A stretch of DNA of 64,000 nucleotides. Source: Phoronis australis. Taxonomy: Eukaryota; Animalia; Phoronida. The position numbers and the translations under genes are program-made. Shown here piece after piece: positions 38,379 to 52,600 of the stretch. Under the pieces are notes generated by a model. It saw nothing but the letters and a program-made list of their open reading frames with translations. It was not told where the DNA came from and did not search any database. The number at the start of each line of letters is the position of its first letter. The stretch's first letter is position 1. Location of the stretch: the NCBI GenBank assembly GCA_002633005.1, contig NMRA01000031.1:963004-1027003 (forward strand), given 5' to 3'.

Positions 38379-38645
38379 GCGTTCAGTAGACGCTAGGACC
38401 TACGCTAGGACCTACGCTAGGACCTACGCTAGGACCTACGCTAGGACCTACGCTAGGACCTACGCTAGGACCTACGCTAGGACCTACGCTAGGACCTACG
38501 CTAGGACCTACGCTAGGACCTACGCTAGGACTTAGCTAAAACCTAGTCAAAGTCACGTGCTCTCATTTAAAATTCACGGCAATATCTCACGTAATCTCGC
38601 GAAGTCTTGGTTTTTAGCGAGGTCTTAGCGTTACCGAACGGGAGG
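38379..38645 (+). mobile_element. MITE carrying an expanded 12-bp array (ACGCTAGGACCT x about 12, 38390-38533)
   Basis: Inverted ends cgttcagtagacgctaggacct / aggtcttagcgttaccgaacg; relatives with about 2 units at 47068-47206, 51134-51273 and 59369-59510. Confidence 0.85.
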
Positions 38646-40439
38646 CTGGTATAGCTCATTGGGTTGATGGAGAAATAGGGAGCATTGATCTCGTTGGCCA
38701 GTAAGGTAAGCATAAGAACCTTATAGACCAACACGACTTTGAACAACACGTAACACTGTAGGTTTTTGCTTACAGTAAGCGGAAATGCAGGCTCATTCTG
38801 CCTACAGTTTCGATAAGAAGTGAAACGCAGGAACTTCAACAGACTTCTTTCAGATATTAAAAGCTGTATGCCTACACGGTTTTTTGAAAGGTTAAGTTTA
38901 CCTGTAATAGCTTTAATTTGCATTCAGGTTGCTTCAAGATGTTGAAAAATTGAAATTACTGAGTTTTTATCTTCATAAACAGTCGATAAGTATAATTCAT
39001 GAGTTGATATTTTGACATTATAGTGTATTCAGGAATGTGAAGTGTCTGACACTACATATTTGTAAAAACATATGGATATGAATGTGATCATCAAAAAATT
39101 AGTGGTTAGGGTTGCTTGTGCTTTCAGAGATCACAAAAAGGGATTCATTGGTAGACGGAGATTTCACGAATGGGTTTCGCTATCGTAACACTAACATGGT
39201 CATTAATATGAGACTACATCATAGAAAGAATAGCTTTCTTAGAAAATCTGCCCTTCTGAGAGACAAATCGCGCATACCAATATGAGCACGGACCATTAAA
39301 AATAAGCGGGTGTAGGCAACGGACATACTAAGGTTCGAAGCAGCAATAAACCAGCATTACATCGAAGAAACTTATCTTTGATTCTGACCATTTTCCGCAA
39401 TACACTTAGCTTCAGCGTGTTCCTTACTCAGTGAGAAGTGATTTTTCGCCTTGCAAAGACCTGACAGTTGGTTGTACCTCGAGGCTACACTCGGGTATCA
39501 ACATATCCCTTCAGAACCTTATTTCAACCAATCACAAACTGCCATTTCCTTCCAAGCGCAGAAAGCACAACTATTTTGACAGAAGAACAATAATTTGAGA
39601 CTAATTATATTACAGGAAGCTGTCTAAATCAAAATTTTGAATTTTGTGACGACAGGTTAGATTAAAGCCGTTTTAACTTATGATTTTGAGTCTTTAAATT
39701 GACGATGATTCCGAGAGGCCGAATTATAAGCACGTACAGGCACAATATTCAGTAATGCTATTGCATTGACTACTTCGGCAGACGCCTTCACTACTTTTGG
39801 CTTGTTTACAAAATTGCAGGTTTGCATTTTTGCGGTTAATCCTGTTTTTCCATTAACAGCGCCCATTGATCAATGCGATTTCCCGCCTCGAGTATCCCCG
39901 AGCTGCGTTCCGTAAGCATACGGCACTCGCGATGCATGGCGATATTTCGCGAAGACTTACGTGATCTATTGAGAGTTTCTTGCGTATGCGGAATGCAAAC
40001 CTGGTGCCATTGATTAGGAGAAAACACAGTGTCAACGATCTTTAATTAGATTTCGTGGCAAGAGAAAAGTCTCAATCTTTTCCCATTACTTTTAGTTTGC
40101 CAGACGGCTAACATACAGTATTGCCATAATGAGCATTAGCACAGTTTGACCTATCTCTGTCGCGAAGATATCAAACGCTTAGATATTTCGAAATCTTGAT
40201 GCTGATTTTCGCAATTCAGTTCATTAGTTCAGTTGAAGTTGGAAAACATTTTCCATTGACTTGAAATCCAAAAATATATCACTACGGATGTTTTATCGAA
40301 CAACACCCACACAACAAGATAGTATATGCACAGTGCAAGGTACGTCGCCAATATTATGTACAGCCTTTTTCTTCATGGTTGGGAACGAGGCTGTCTCCTT
40401 ATTGGTCGATATTGATTCGACGGCTAACCGGCGTTCTAT

Positions 40440-40475
40440 TATAAAACAAATTGGGTACAATTCCCCGTCTCAGAA
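40440..40475 (+). promoter_or_regulatory. TATA box and Inr of the prohormone-3-like gene
   Basis: TATAAAA at 40440-40446, TCAGAA at 40470, ATG at 40527. Confidence 0.6.
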
Positions 40476-40526
40476 TCCTCACTATATTCCAGAGTGACTC
40501 TTTTACAGGACAGCAGTGTTATCACG

Positions 40527-40640
40527 ATGCTTACCCGTGTCTGCCTACTACTTATTGTCGTCTCGTCCGTTTATTCTTGGGGACGCTCCCCTGGGAGTAA
40601 CTACCGTCCCCACAACCGACATGAAAATTTGGAAAGAAAG
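40527..40640 (+). CDS. Prohormone-3-like exon 1 (signal peptide MLTRVCLLLIVVSSVYS + WGRSPGSNYRPHNRHENLERK)
   Basis: AAG|gtgaga donor, phase 0. Confidence 0.8.
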
Positions 40641-43600
40641 GTGAGAAAAAGTTTCGTGTACTTGGACATGAAAAGTTCTTGAACTTGTTTTCTTTTAAGT
40701 ATCTTCAGTTTCGTCTCAGTGTCAATTCACTCATATTCCATGATATTTGACAATAGAGGGACACAATAAAAGACTTTCTTGAAACAGTGGCGATGCATAG
40801 CTCTCCTGGGTGGAGGATATGGTTGCTGAAATCAGGCATTGGAACAGGCTGCCACTGCTAAAAGCTAACTTCATAATAGAAGTAATAGATAACTCCACAT
40901 CCTGTTTTCAGAACGGTGAAAACCGTGCAAATAACTCCAGACGGTTGTAAACGTTTTACACTTTCGAGTACATAGTCATATATGACAGTGAAATATTTTG
41001 CTCAGTAGAACAACAACTTGATGGAACTTTTCGACGTTTTCAGCAAATACTGTGGTCATCTTATGTACTATCATGCGCAAAATTGAAACAGATTATTGAT
41101 AACTGCGCATGCTTTTCTGCTTTCGTATTTTGAACACTTCTCTGTTTCGCTTTTGAGAACACTCCTGTGTTTGAAAACAGCGATTCTCTCGAAGTTAGCC
41201 TCTATTAAGAAAAGTGACTGTAGGCTTGAGTAGGAAATTTGGTCTCACTCTCCACACAAGGATTTCCGAAAAGTAATTTATCATCAGCAAAATACAAAGT
41301 CTCTATGAATATACCAGTAATCGGTAATTACTCAAATAACGTGTTTAACCTACTGCTTAACTGTCATGTGTAAGTAATTACATCGTCATTGGAAAACGTT
41401 TAATCTGAAATAGCGAAGTGACTCAAATTTTCAAATTGGGTGGACTGCGTCAACAGCTCCAATTTGTATCATAGAAAGTGTTTCTCTGGCAGTTAATTTG
41501 ATAACTGTATACTGGTCGGTTATAGTGAAAACTCCTTCGTATAACTGGGAATCTCTTTGCCGTAAAACGTATTTTTCGTTTAGTTTCCAATTTAAAAAAA
41601 TGAACAAATGCCATGATACAACGCGAATTCTCCTTATTTTTAAACGGGACAATTTGATCCGTTAACCGATGAAGAGCTAATATATTAAGCAAGCACACAT
41701 AAATCAACAGTGGGAGAGAAAGGCTATGGTAACCACTTCGAGTGGAGTTTAAAAGCGGTGAACATGGCGATTTTTGGTGGAAATTCTCGCTCATGTCGAA
41801 GCGCTCTCGTACGTGCTGCAAAATGAAAGTTTCGGCAAAAACTGTATAAAAGGTATTTTCATGGATGTTCGCAATTCATGTCACTTTTCATGAAACCGGG
41901 CAGTTATTTTGTTTAAAATTTTGCGCTAAACACCAGAAATGGGACATCGTCTTGTATAGTCGTGGAGACGACACTGCACATAATATATAGGGTGTAAATT
42001 ACGAAAATATGATTCACTGTATGGTCTATACCTGTACAAACCTCTATATTGAATTTACACGACGTTTCGGTCGGCAATTTCTACGAACATCACGAGAAAC
42101 TGTGATGCTTTATTTTCTGAGCTTCGTCTCGATTTTCATATGTAACAGCTTGTAAGATATGACATGACAATCCATTTGCAATTGTTCTCGACTATCAGAA
42201 GGCCATACCCCACTCATTAGAGATTCGACAAGATGAGAGAAAGAACGATTAAAAGGGGGTTCAACTGTTGGGACCATCTAAGAAAAAGTCACAATTCGGT
42301 ATAGAATTGAAAATGTCTAAATATTAGATTAACACAACGGACCTCAACAAAAAAAACTTTTTCTGCAGAATTCTCTTGCAAAAGTAGACCCTGTTATTGA
42401 GCTCTATTCCAAATGTGAACCATTTCGTAGGGACAATGGTCGTTAAGATATCGCCAGCAGAGCAGCACGTCCTCAATGTAGGTACCCCCTCCCCCGGAAA
42501 AACCCGGGCATAGAAGTAATTTCTTTCTGTGTTGGGGGAAAGAAACCAAAATATGGCGATAACTTGTAGCAGCCATGTTGGGTTTGCAGCATCAAAGTGG
42601 TATAGGCTACTGATTTCGTAGACGCAAGAATCTCGCTCAGGAAGCTAGTGTGATCACTTGCTTCGCTTGCAATACATGGTGAGATCTCGCGAGATGTTAT
42701 GACTTCTTGCTTTTCTCGCAAGAAACTAGGTCTACGGAACGCACGCCATCGTCTAAGCAATTACGTTAAGTCAATTCTTCTGCCCAACCCCCTCCCCCCT
42801 CCCCCCCCCCCGACCCCCCATCCAGAAACTATGTCCAATTCTTGATTTTGTGACGATAGGTAAATTTTGGAGGAGTGGTGAGAACTGAGTGCTGTGGTAT
42901 TGCGTTGGTATAGATTATTGCTATCATTTCTAAAGTTAACACGTTCCAGTGAGTCAATCCAAGTTCTGAAACATAAAATCCGATACACGGGATAATTGAT
43001 TTAAGTAGAAAATCGATTTCACTACGAATTATCGCAGGGAATTATGATTGCTTTCTTTTCCGCTTTCAGAGCATTCAGTGATTAATTTCGCGAAGAACAA
43101 GCAACTAAAATGGTTGAAATATTTAGCAGTTCACTGTAAAACTGCTACGTATTTTATCGCACGCACATTGACAATCGGTCGCTTGGATTTTTCTAAACCG
43201 GGAACTTTAAACCGAGGGCCCTAAACCGGGGACCCTAAAGCGAAAGAGATATTAAACCACGAGCCCTCTTGAAATCATTTTGCGCGCAAGCGTTTTCAAT
43301 GCAGGCCTGAAATTTTGCGTCGTCACCGGTAAAATGTGATGCCGCATTTTGCTTCACTCACAAATAAACAAGATGTAATTATTTTTTCTAAGTTCCAACA
43401 AACTTTACTGAAACGATAAAAAGTTTAAGAGTGTGGATTTAGTTGTGATACCATTCCCTTAAATGCTCAAAATTAGGGTTATGCCACTTCACAAGTGTGT
43501 TTGTTTTAGTAATTTTCTGGCTTATCAATGGCTTAACCATTCATACCACAACGGCTGCACTACACCGGTTCAGCAACTGAGCCAACCGGCTACGAGATTT

Positions 43601-46600
43601 GATTGGCCGGCAGTCGCCATCGAGAACCAATTAAATATCTTAGCCGGTCTCTCCTGCAAATGCAGCACAATCTCGAAAACTCAAGATCACGCAAGTCTCC
43701 GCGAAATATCTCCATGGTTTACAAGCAAAGCACGTGATCATACATTAATGGTCATCACTATAAACACTATGAACACAGTCAGTCAATTGTTTTTAGGTAC
43801 ATTTGTAATCATCGTGCTGTTTCAGGCTTACATTTTCAGGTTATCACATTTTACTTTTTGATTACCGGGTATGACATTGATCACCTGTTTGCTGCAGTAC
43901 TTGAAAAGTAAAAACTGTCATTTCCTGAATTTATCCCATAGGCGTTGAATGAAATGAGTGCAATTCGACCATTGGTATTGTTTTCCGAATTGCACTCCCG
44001 CGACTACTTTAACAGTGCCCTCTTACATGGAAAGTTCAAAAGTTATGTCAATGTCGACTCGACGTCGTTAGCCAGTTAGAACATCAAACTTTCCCAAAAT
44101 GGTTTAAAATAATAAATTTACAGCAGTATAAATAACACTCAACATGCAATCAGGTCCCAAACATAACATCGGGTACAAAACTGTTAAATATATAACACTT
44201 CTGTCTCAGTTTTATTTGCTAAATATTATATCGCCTGCAACTCAGGCATCGATTCCTTGGTAACTACAATGTTAAATATTGTTGTTATTTAATTATTTTC
44301 ATGAAATGTTACAAGCACAACGAACAATTACCGTTGTTGCCATCTTTGTTTTATTTCTTCTCAAGTAATTAATCGTCACGTTACTGTTTTCTTTTACTAA
44401 CTTGTAACATAACGCGCAAGTTCATACACTATAGGTTGTGATCCGCCATGTGATCAATCTAAAAATTTGCCGAAAGAGATAAACGAGCCTAAGAGTTCGA
44501 AGCGTATGGGATAAATACAATTCGATCTCGGTCGATACGCGGAATAATGTCTCGTGGGATATCATTTCTTCTACACCAATCTCGATACGTTTTGTGTATA
44601 TGCCTTCAGGGACGGTACAGTAGTTGAACCCTTACCACTGGTCGCAGAGCACTTACCACTGGTCGCAGAGCACATACCACTGGTCGCAGAGCACTTACCA
44701 GTGGTCGCAGAGCACTTACCACTGGTTGCAGAGCACTTACCACGGAGCGGAACAACTACCACGGGGGCGGAACTCTCACGCACCGAACGAACACTTTACT
44801 ACAACCCCACATAGAAACACTTTTCAAAGTTGTGGTACTCAAATTGTTTGTGGAAAGGTTTTTTCATGGTAAAAAAATTTGGGTTGTGCTATAAAAGTTT
44901 CATAGAGAGCGGTGTTTCACTCCGTCAAAAGTCTTCTGTGGGTCGCGGTAATGGCGCACTTACCAACCCTGGTCCTGGGGCTTGCTATCAGAAATTCCCA
45001 GTTACCGTTTTGTACACAAGCGGATCCAGGATTTCGTAAGGGGTTACAAAACAGATTTTAAGTGCGCGTAAACTCTGATGGCGTTTTGAACCCCTTAAAT
45101 CCGCCTCTAGACTACCATGTCTAGTGACACGATACTGAAGCCGTGTTTTGTTCGTGTGCTTCACCATGTGGGAAAGCACACACCGACAGTCATTAACCTG
45201 ACACGTGTGCTGATTTTCAATGTTCTGTAACTGACTTGAAAGTGCCGATCGCAACAAAACATTTCCATCATATTTACCAAACCTCCTACCTCTCTAATGT
45301 TGTAAAAAAACCTAAGAAATCACTTCCGACACCTATTATACCATTCTCACTTGTAAGATGCCAGTATACAGATATGATTGCGATGATCTTAGGTGATTGG
45401 AAGCAGGTATTCAAAACATGCTTTTGACACTTTCTGGTGAAAATACAACTATTTCTGAAAAATAAATCTCACGTGAGCAAAAGTGCAGTGTCTATGGATA
45501 CACTCTAGTGCTAGTTATTGAGATAATTTCTGCAAATTATTCATAGACAATTATGGGATCATAAATACTTGACTAAGCATTTTTTGGCAATTATGAAGTA
45601 CGAGCGTGCGAGCAAATTTCTGTCTCAAGTCTTAAGTCATTTTCACGAAACAGACCATTGGGCTTAAACATACTCGTCATTTTAAATAAAAATTTCATAA
45701 ATAAACGGCTTTTAACATAAGTTAGTTCAGTCGAAATTTATGCCCAAATAATGCAGAGACAACTCCAAACGTTATGATTTTTAGTTTATTTTTTAGTTTT
45801 GGTGGTGCACTACCTCCTAAAATGGCCGCCGTAGTGAGTGACAGCTGACTCGCGCATTATGGGTATTCACTCAACTGCCGCCCAATTCAGAAACAAACAT
45901 TTTAAAAATTAATAGCAAAATAAGACGAACACAAACAAGGCTGAAAGATATGAAGTGCTTATATTTTAGTGACATCTTTCGTCTCAGTGACGAAACTCAA
46001 CTTGTGTTCCATACTGCAAGCCTAATATCATAGAAATTACCTCTAATCTGAGTGCGAGAGTAAAATGAGATCCATCTTATAACAGTAAAAGGTTAAATCA
46101 AAAATTGTTTTTCAACAGAGATTTATTGTGTCCTTCTAAACCTAACTGGGTGGTCATTATTACAAAACACCAATGAACGATTGCAACCGCCGAATAGATA
46201 CGCATTCAACTGCTCCACCCGGGAACTGCAAAGAACACACTGATAAACGGTTCACCATCTGTGGGGTAACGAAAAGGTGCACTCGGCATTATCTTCTCAT
46301 TTGATCCTAATTAAATTTTAAGTCGGACAAGTTGATCCGATTACGGTTTTAACGTCTATGTCTTGCCATGATTAGGTATGAATTCATTTTCTGTAAAATA
46401 GTTTTGCCTACCTTTTACTATTTTATCGCAAAAGATGTAACAATTAATCCTAGCGTACACGGGTGATCGCTAATATCACTGAAACTGTTGCGGTCATAAG
46501 AAATCTTTAATTTCTTATACTGGACTTAAGGCAATCATCTTTCTGGTGCCATTATCCTAATTGGTTATTGTTCCAAACAAGGAATGCAAAATGATATAAT

Positions 46601-49600
46601 CTGAGACCAATCCCGGAGCTGGAAGTACACCTCCTAGCCGGATTTGGGAAAACCACCAAAGCTAGCTATGCACATGTGGATCAAGGGAGGTCAACGGAGT
46701 CCGGACCGCCTTTTTCCTTGATTTTAGTGATATCAAATCTGGAATTTTCAAATTGTTGACTTGGACCCCCTTTTTTAAACTTTACAATTTTTTGAAAAAA
46801 TCTTGATCCGATCCTTTGGGAAAAATTCTGGATCCGGCCCTGCTATAGGAGTCCAGACTACCTGAATACAGACTATGTTAAACTGCTCTTGTGGTTACCG
46901 GCTGAGCTGACTGTGAGCATCTATCGGCCTTGCGAGTACCCTCGACTTGATCTTGGGTGTAGCTCTTTTAAAGCTGACTTCATTAGCTATGGAAATACTC
47001 GCCGATCTGGCCTTGAGAATACCCCATGCTGGCTTTGGGGACTATCATTAAAGCTATAGCAGCCCCCCGTCCAGTAACGCTAGGACATCGCTTAAAAGCA
47101 AGGCTTCGCGAGATTACGTGAGACATTTCCATGTATTTTAATTCAGAGCACGTGACTTTGACTAGATTTTAGCTAGGTCCTAGCGTAGGTCCTAGCGTTA
47201 CTGAACACCGGGCACGCCAGCTTTTGTCTTTATAACACATCGGAGTTGAACATACTTGGCCGCGATTTGTTCAACAGCTTCTTTTATTTCATTTTTGTTG
47301 CTAAAATGAATTTTAATAGGTCGTTATAATATCCCGTGGCCAATCACGTGAACGTGACACAAAAGCAGGTCAAATTATAATTTTCATGCAGAAAAAATGA
47401 TAGGCTTGATATCCAAACTGTTTTGCAGAGCATTATAAATATAGCAAAGAAAGCCTATAATTTTGAAGTAATGCCGACTGATACATTTTTGCGCCTAACC
47501 GTTTCAAGTATCGTTCTTGATAATGTCACCGTAAAGCTGATTGACTTTCGTCTCATTTTCGGTGTTATTTCTATGAATATTTAATAAGAATTTATTAGTT
47601 GTATATGGGTAGATCTATAAAGAAGTCAAATGGGATTAGAGGAACAAACAACTTGCAATTATATCGATTTAGTTAAACACACAGTCATTAAGTCGTCTCA
47701 CATTACAGTATTATTTCTGACACACTTCAAGGCTAAGACTTGCTTCTTGGCCGGTCGATACTCAGACGGTATGACAGCTTTATGCCTCTTGTGAAACTTA
47801 TTCAGTGGCTTGTCAATTAATTAGACATACTTTGATGGCCAATTAAGTCTTTTTGTTAGTTAACATAAGAAAACTAAAACTGTATGAAATTGTTCCAGCT
47901 TATTTTTCCACATGAAGTTAGTTTGATTGATAACTCTCAAATTTCCGGAAATGAGTCGGTCCACATATAAGGAAACATGGGCGCCGCGGAACTGAAATAA
48001 TTGGGGGTTATCACCACTTAGCCCCCTATTGGATGCGTCTCCGCAGCACTCAAATAAGTGGGGAGATACAGCCCCCCCCCCCCCNCTGATGGCGTTTTGA
48101 ACCCCTTAAATCCGCCTCTAGACTACCATGTCTAGTGACACGATACTGAAGCCGTGTTTTGTTCGTGTGCTTCACCATGTGGGAAAGCACACACCGACCG
48201 TCATTAACCTGACACGTGTGCTGATTTTCAATGTTCTATAACTGACTTGAAAGTGCCGATCGCAACAAAACATTTCCATAATATTAACCAAACCTCCAAC
48301 CTCTCTAATGCTGTAAAAAAAACTCAAGAAATCACTTCCGACACCTATTATACCATTCTCACTTGTAAGATGCGAGTATACAGATATGATTGCGATGACC
48401 TTAGGTGATTGGAAACAGGTATTCGAAACATGCTTTTGACACTTTCTGGTGAAAATACGTAAATTAAAAACAATTTTAAGCATTTCAGGGACGAAAAGTT
48501 TCCCAATACTAATGATAAGTATAAAATCAATTACTTCCAGTGTTCGTGATGTCGTGTGTTGCCTAAATGCACGATGTAACGATGAATCTTAAGTTTGTCA
48601 CAATTTCACCATGATTAAAAGCAGTAAAGAAGCCTTGACGAATCTCAGTTTATTGGAGCACTCCGTCTTATCATAAAACGGGCGCATGTTGCCGCCCGAT
48701 TTGTTATAATCAGTTTTTATTGCTACACAAATAAATGGCAGTGCATTAAATACAAATATTTTGCCCAGAAAGCGACATCACAATATCTCACACGACCTGG
48801 AATGTGTTACGACACGACTGGTTCATAACACCGAGTACGTAATTTTTTGATATTACATGGGCGAATCACAAAGTAGTGCAAAGTAGAAATCCATAAGCCT
48901 TACATTTCATCGTCTGCAAAACACTAAAACAACCAAACGCGCACCAACCAAACAATATCGGAATTCCGTGAAGGTGGCAAGGTTATGATTGACAAATCGG
49001 GTGTCGCAACTGTACGTACTCCCTGTCGGAAGGACATGAAAACAACTTCTTAAACGGACCCGTCTTCGGCGAGGAATTCTATATACACTTTCATTCGAAC
49101 GGAGATGAACCCCAACTCAAGAAAAGCGGCGAGCCAGTCTAGCTGTGCTGTCTCAAGGTCAATTCAGTACTCGCGCGCGGGGAAGCCTTGCTGACTGCTG
49201 TTTTTTTAAGTTTTAATATTACTACTTCAAAGACTATTGATTAGATTCTAACTGGAATATTTGCTACGAAAGCGGAATGCAATTTACAATTGTTAAGCTT
49301 AAAATAAAACTATTAACAAAAAGTAACTGCATTAATTTACATTGCGCTAGCGTGTTTTTACAAAAAAATGCATCATGAGATTGAAACTTTTAGACACGTC
49401 GACTTTTTCGGCAAAAAAAATCGTTTTTACGGTTCATGTGGCAAGCCTCGGAATTGTGACGAAATTTCCAAGAGGTTCTGTCTATGTCATAAACCTTATA
49501 CGAGTGTAGGATTATCAATGCAATAGATTACTTCCGGTACTACCACAAACTGAAAATGACTCATGACGTCAAAATTTTAGTCTTGCGCTCCGCACAACTA

Positions 49601-52600
49601 TTTCTGAAAAATAAATCTCACGTGAGCAAAAGTGCAGTGTCTATGGATACACTCTAGTGCTAGTTATTGAGATAATTTCTGCAAATTATTCATAGACAAT
49701 GATGGAATCATGAATACTTGACTAAGCATTTTTTTGGCAATTATGAAGTACGAGCGTGCGAGCAAATTTCTGTCTCAAGTCTTAAGTGATTTTCACGAAA
49801 CAGACCATTGGGCTTAAACATACTCTTCATTTTAAATAAAAACTTCATAAGTAAACGGCTTTTAACATAATTAGTTCAGTCGAAATTTAAGCCCAAATAA
49901 TGCAAAGACAACTCCAAACGTTGTGATTTTTAGTTTATTTTTTAGTTTCGGTGGTGCACTACCTCCTAAAATGGCCGCCGTAGTGAGTGACAGCTGACTC
50001 GTGCATTATGGGTACTCACTCAACTGCCGCCATATGTAATGAAGTTTCCGCGGAAACCCCGCCCACTTCAAAAACAAACTTTTTAAAAATTAATAGTAAA
50101 ATAAGACAAACACAAGCAAGGCTGAAAGTTATGAAGTGCTTATATTTTAGTGACTTGTGTTCCATATTGCAAGCCTAATATCAACAGATGGCTGAGATTT
50201 ATTGCCCTTCTAAACCTAACTGGGTGCTCATAATTACAAAACACCAATGAATGATTGCAACCGCCGAACAGACTCGCATTCAACTTCTCCACCCGGGAAC
50301 TGCTAAGAACACACTGATAAACGGTTCGCCATCTGTGGGGTAACGAAAAGGTGCACTCGACATTATCTTCTCATTTGATCCTAATTAAATTTTAAGTCGG
50401 ACAAGTTGATCCGATTACGGTTTTAACGTCTATTTCTTGCCATGATTAGGTAGGAATTCATTTTCTGTAAAATAGTTCTGCCTACCTTTTACTATTTTAT
50501 CGCAAAAGATGTAACAATTAATCCTGGCGTACACGGGTGATCGCTAATATCACTGAAACTGTTGCGGTCATAAGAAATCTTAATTTCTTATACTGGACTT
50601 AATGCAATCATCTTTGTGGTGTCATTATCCTAATTGGTTATTGTTCCAAACAAGGAATGCAAAATGATATAATCTGAGATCAATCACGGAGCTGTAAGTA
50701 CACCTAGCCGGATTTGGGAAAACCACCAAAGCTAGCTATGCACATGTGGATCAAGGGAGGTCAACGGAGTCCGGACCGCCTTTTTCCTTGATTTTAGTGA
50801 TATCAAATCTAGAATTTTCAAATTGTTGACTTGGACCCCTTTTTTAAAAAAATCTTGATCCGATCCTTTGGGAAAAATCCTGGATCCGGCCCTGCTATAG
50901 GAGTCCGACCAGAGCCGACTACCTGAATACAGCCTGTATGTTAAACTGCTCTTGTGGTTACCGGCTGAGCTGACTGTGAGCATCTACCGACCTAGTTGCG
51001 AGTACCCTCGACTTGATCTTGGGTGTAGCTCTTTTAAAGCTGACTTCATTAGCTATGGAAATACTCGCCGATCTGGCCTCGAGAATACCCCATGCTGGCT
51101 GTGGGGACTATCATTAAAGCCATAGCAGCCTCCCGTCCAGTAACGCTAGGACCTCGCTAAAAAGCAAGGCTTCGCGAGATTACGTGAGACATTTCCGTGT
51201 ATTTTAATTCAGAGCACGTGACTTTGACTAGATTTTAGCTAGGTCCTAGCGTAGGTCCTAGCGTTACTGAACGCCGGGCACGCCAGCTTTTGTCTTTATA
51301 ACACATCAGAGTTTAACATACTTGGCCGCGATTTGTTCAACAGCTTCTTTTATTTCATTTTTGTTGCTAAAATGAATTTTAATAGGTCGTTATAATATCC
51401 CGTGGCCAATCAAGTGAACGTGACACAAAAGCAGGTCAAATTACATATTTCCATGCAGAAAAAATGATAGGCTTGATATCCAAACTGTTTTGCAGAGCAT
51501 TATAAAAATCGCAAAGAAAGCCCATAATTTTGAAGTAATGCCGACTGTTACATTTTTGCGCCTAACCGTTTCAAGTATCGTTCTTGATAATGTCACCGTA
51601 AAGCTGATTGACTTTCGTCTCATTTTCGGTGTTATTTCTATGAATATTTAATAAGAATTTATTAGTTGTATATGGGTAGATCTATAAAGAAGTCAAATGG
51701 GATTAGAGGAACAAACAACTTGCAATTATATCGATTTAGTTAAACACACAGTCATTAAGTCGTCTCACATTACAGTATTATTTCTGACACACTTCAAGGC
51801 TAAGACTTGCTTCTTGGCCGGTCGATACTCAGTCGGTATGACAGCTTTATGCCTCTTGTGAAACTTATTCAGTGGCTTGTCAATTAATTAGACATACTTT
51901 GATGGCCAATTAAGTCTTTTTGTTAGTTAACATAAGAAAACTAAAACTGTATGAAATTGTTCCAGCTTATTTTTCCACATGAAGTTAGTTTGATTGATAA
52001 CTCTCAAATTTCCGGAAATGAGTCGGTCCACATATAAGGAAACATGGGCGCCGCGGAACTGAAATAATTGGGGGTTATCACCACTTAGCCCCCTATTGGA
52101 TGCGTCTCCGCAGCACTCAAATAAGTGGGGAGATACAGCCCCCCCCCCCCCACCCCCTAGTCCACTACGGTGCGTTGCCCATGTGTAACCCCATGTGCTA
52201 AAGGTCTGAAAGTTATGGAGTACGGTTACATGGCACTAGTGCAAAGGTGCACTTGTCCAAAGGTGCACTAGTCCAAAAATATATAAGGTCTCGCATGCGC
52301 GCACCCATCTTTTTAATATGGGGGCTCGAATCTCTGACAAAGTTGACCCTTTGCCAACAAAAAATCGGGCGGACTAAAAAAACTGTGCGTCGGCGCCTTT
52401 TTAGTGGACTTTTGTCTCGTTTTCTCGGACTTTTTGTTTCTCTGAGGCGGACCTTTTTACCCACTTCACCAAATGGGGGGCTCGCATGGGTTTCAGACTC
52501 TTTTGTATTTTTCATGTATTTATCTACATTCAAAAATACACAATAGACTTGTGCCGAATTCAAGTTCAGCGCTACACTAGCTCCAATGTATCACTGAGGG

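Noticed and set aside
44554-44872. Repetitive ORFs (PLVAEHL / YHWSQST / GKCSATS)
   Set aside because: All three are alternative translations of one 21-bp minisatellite.
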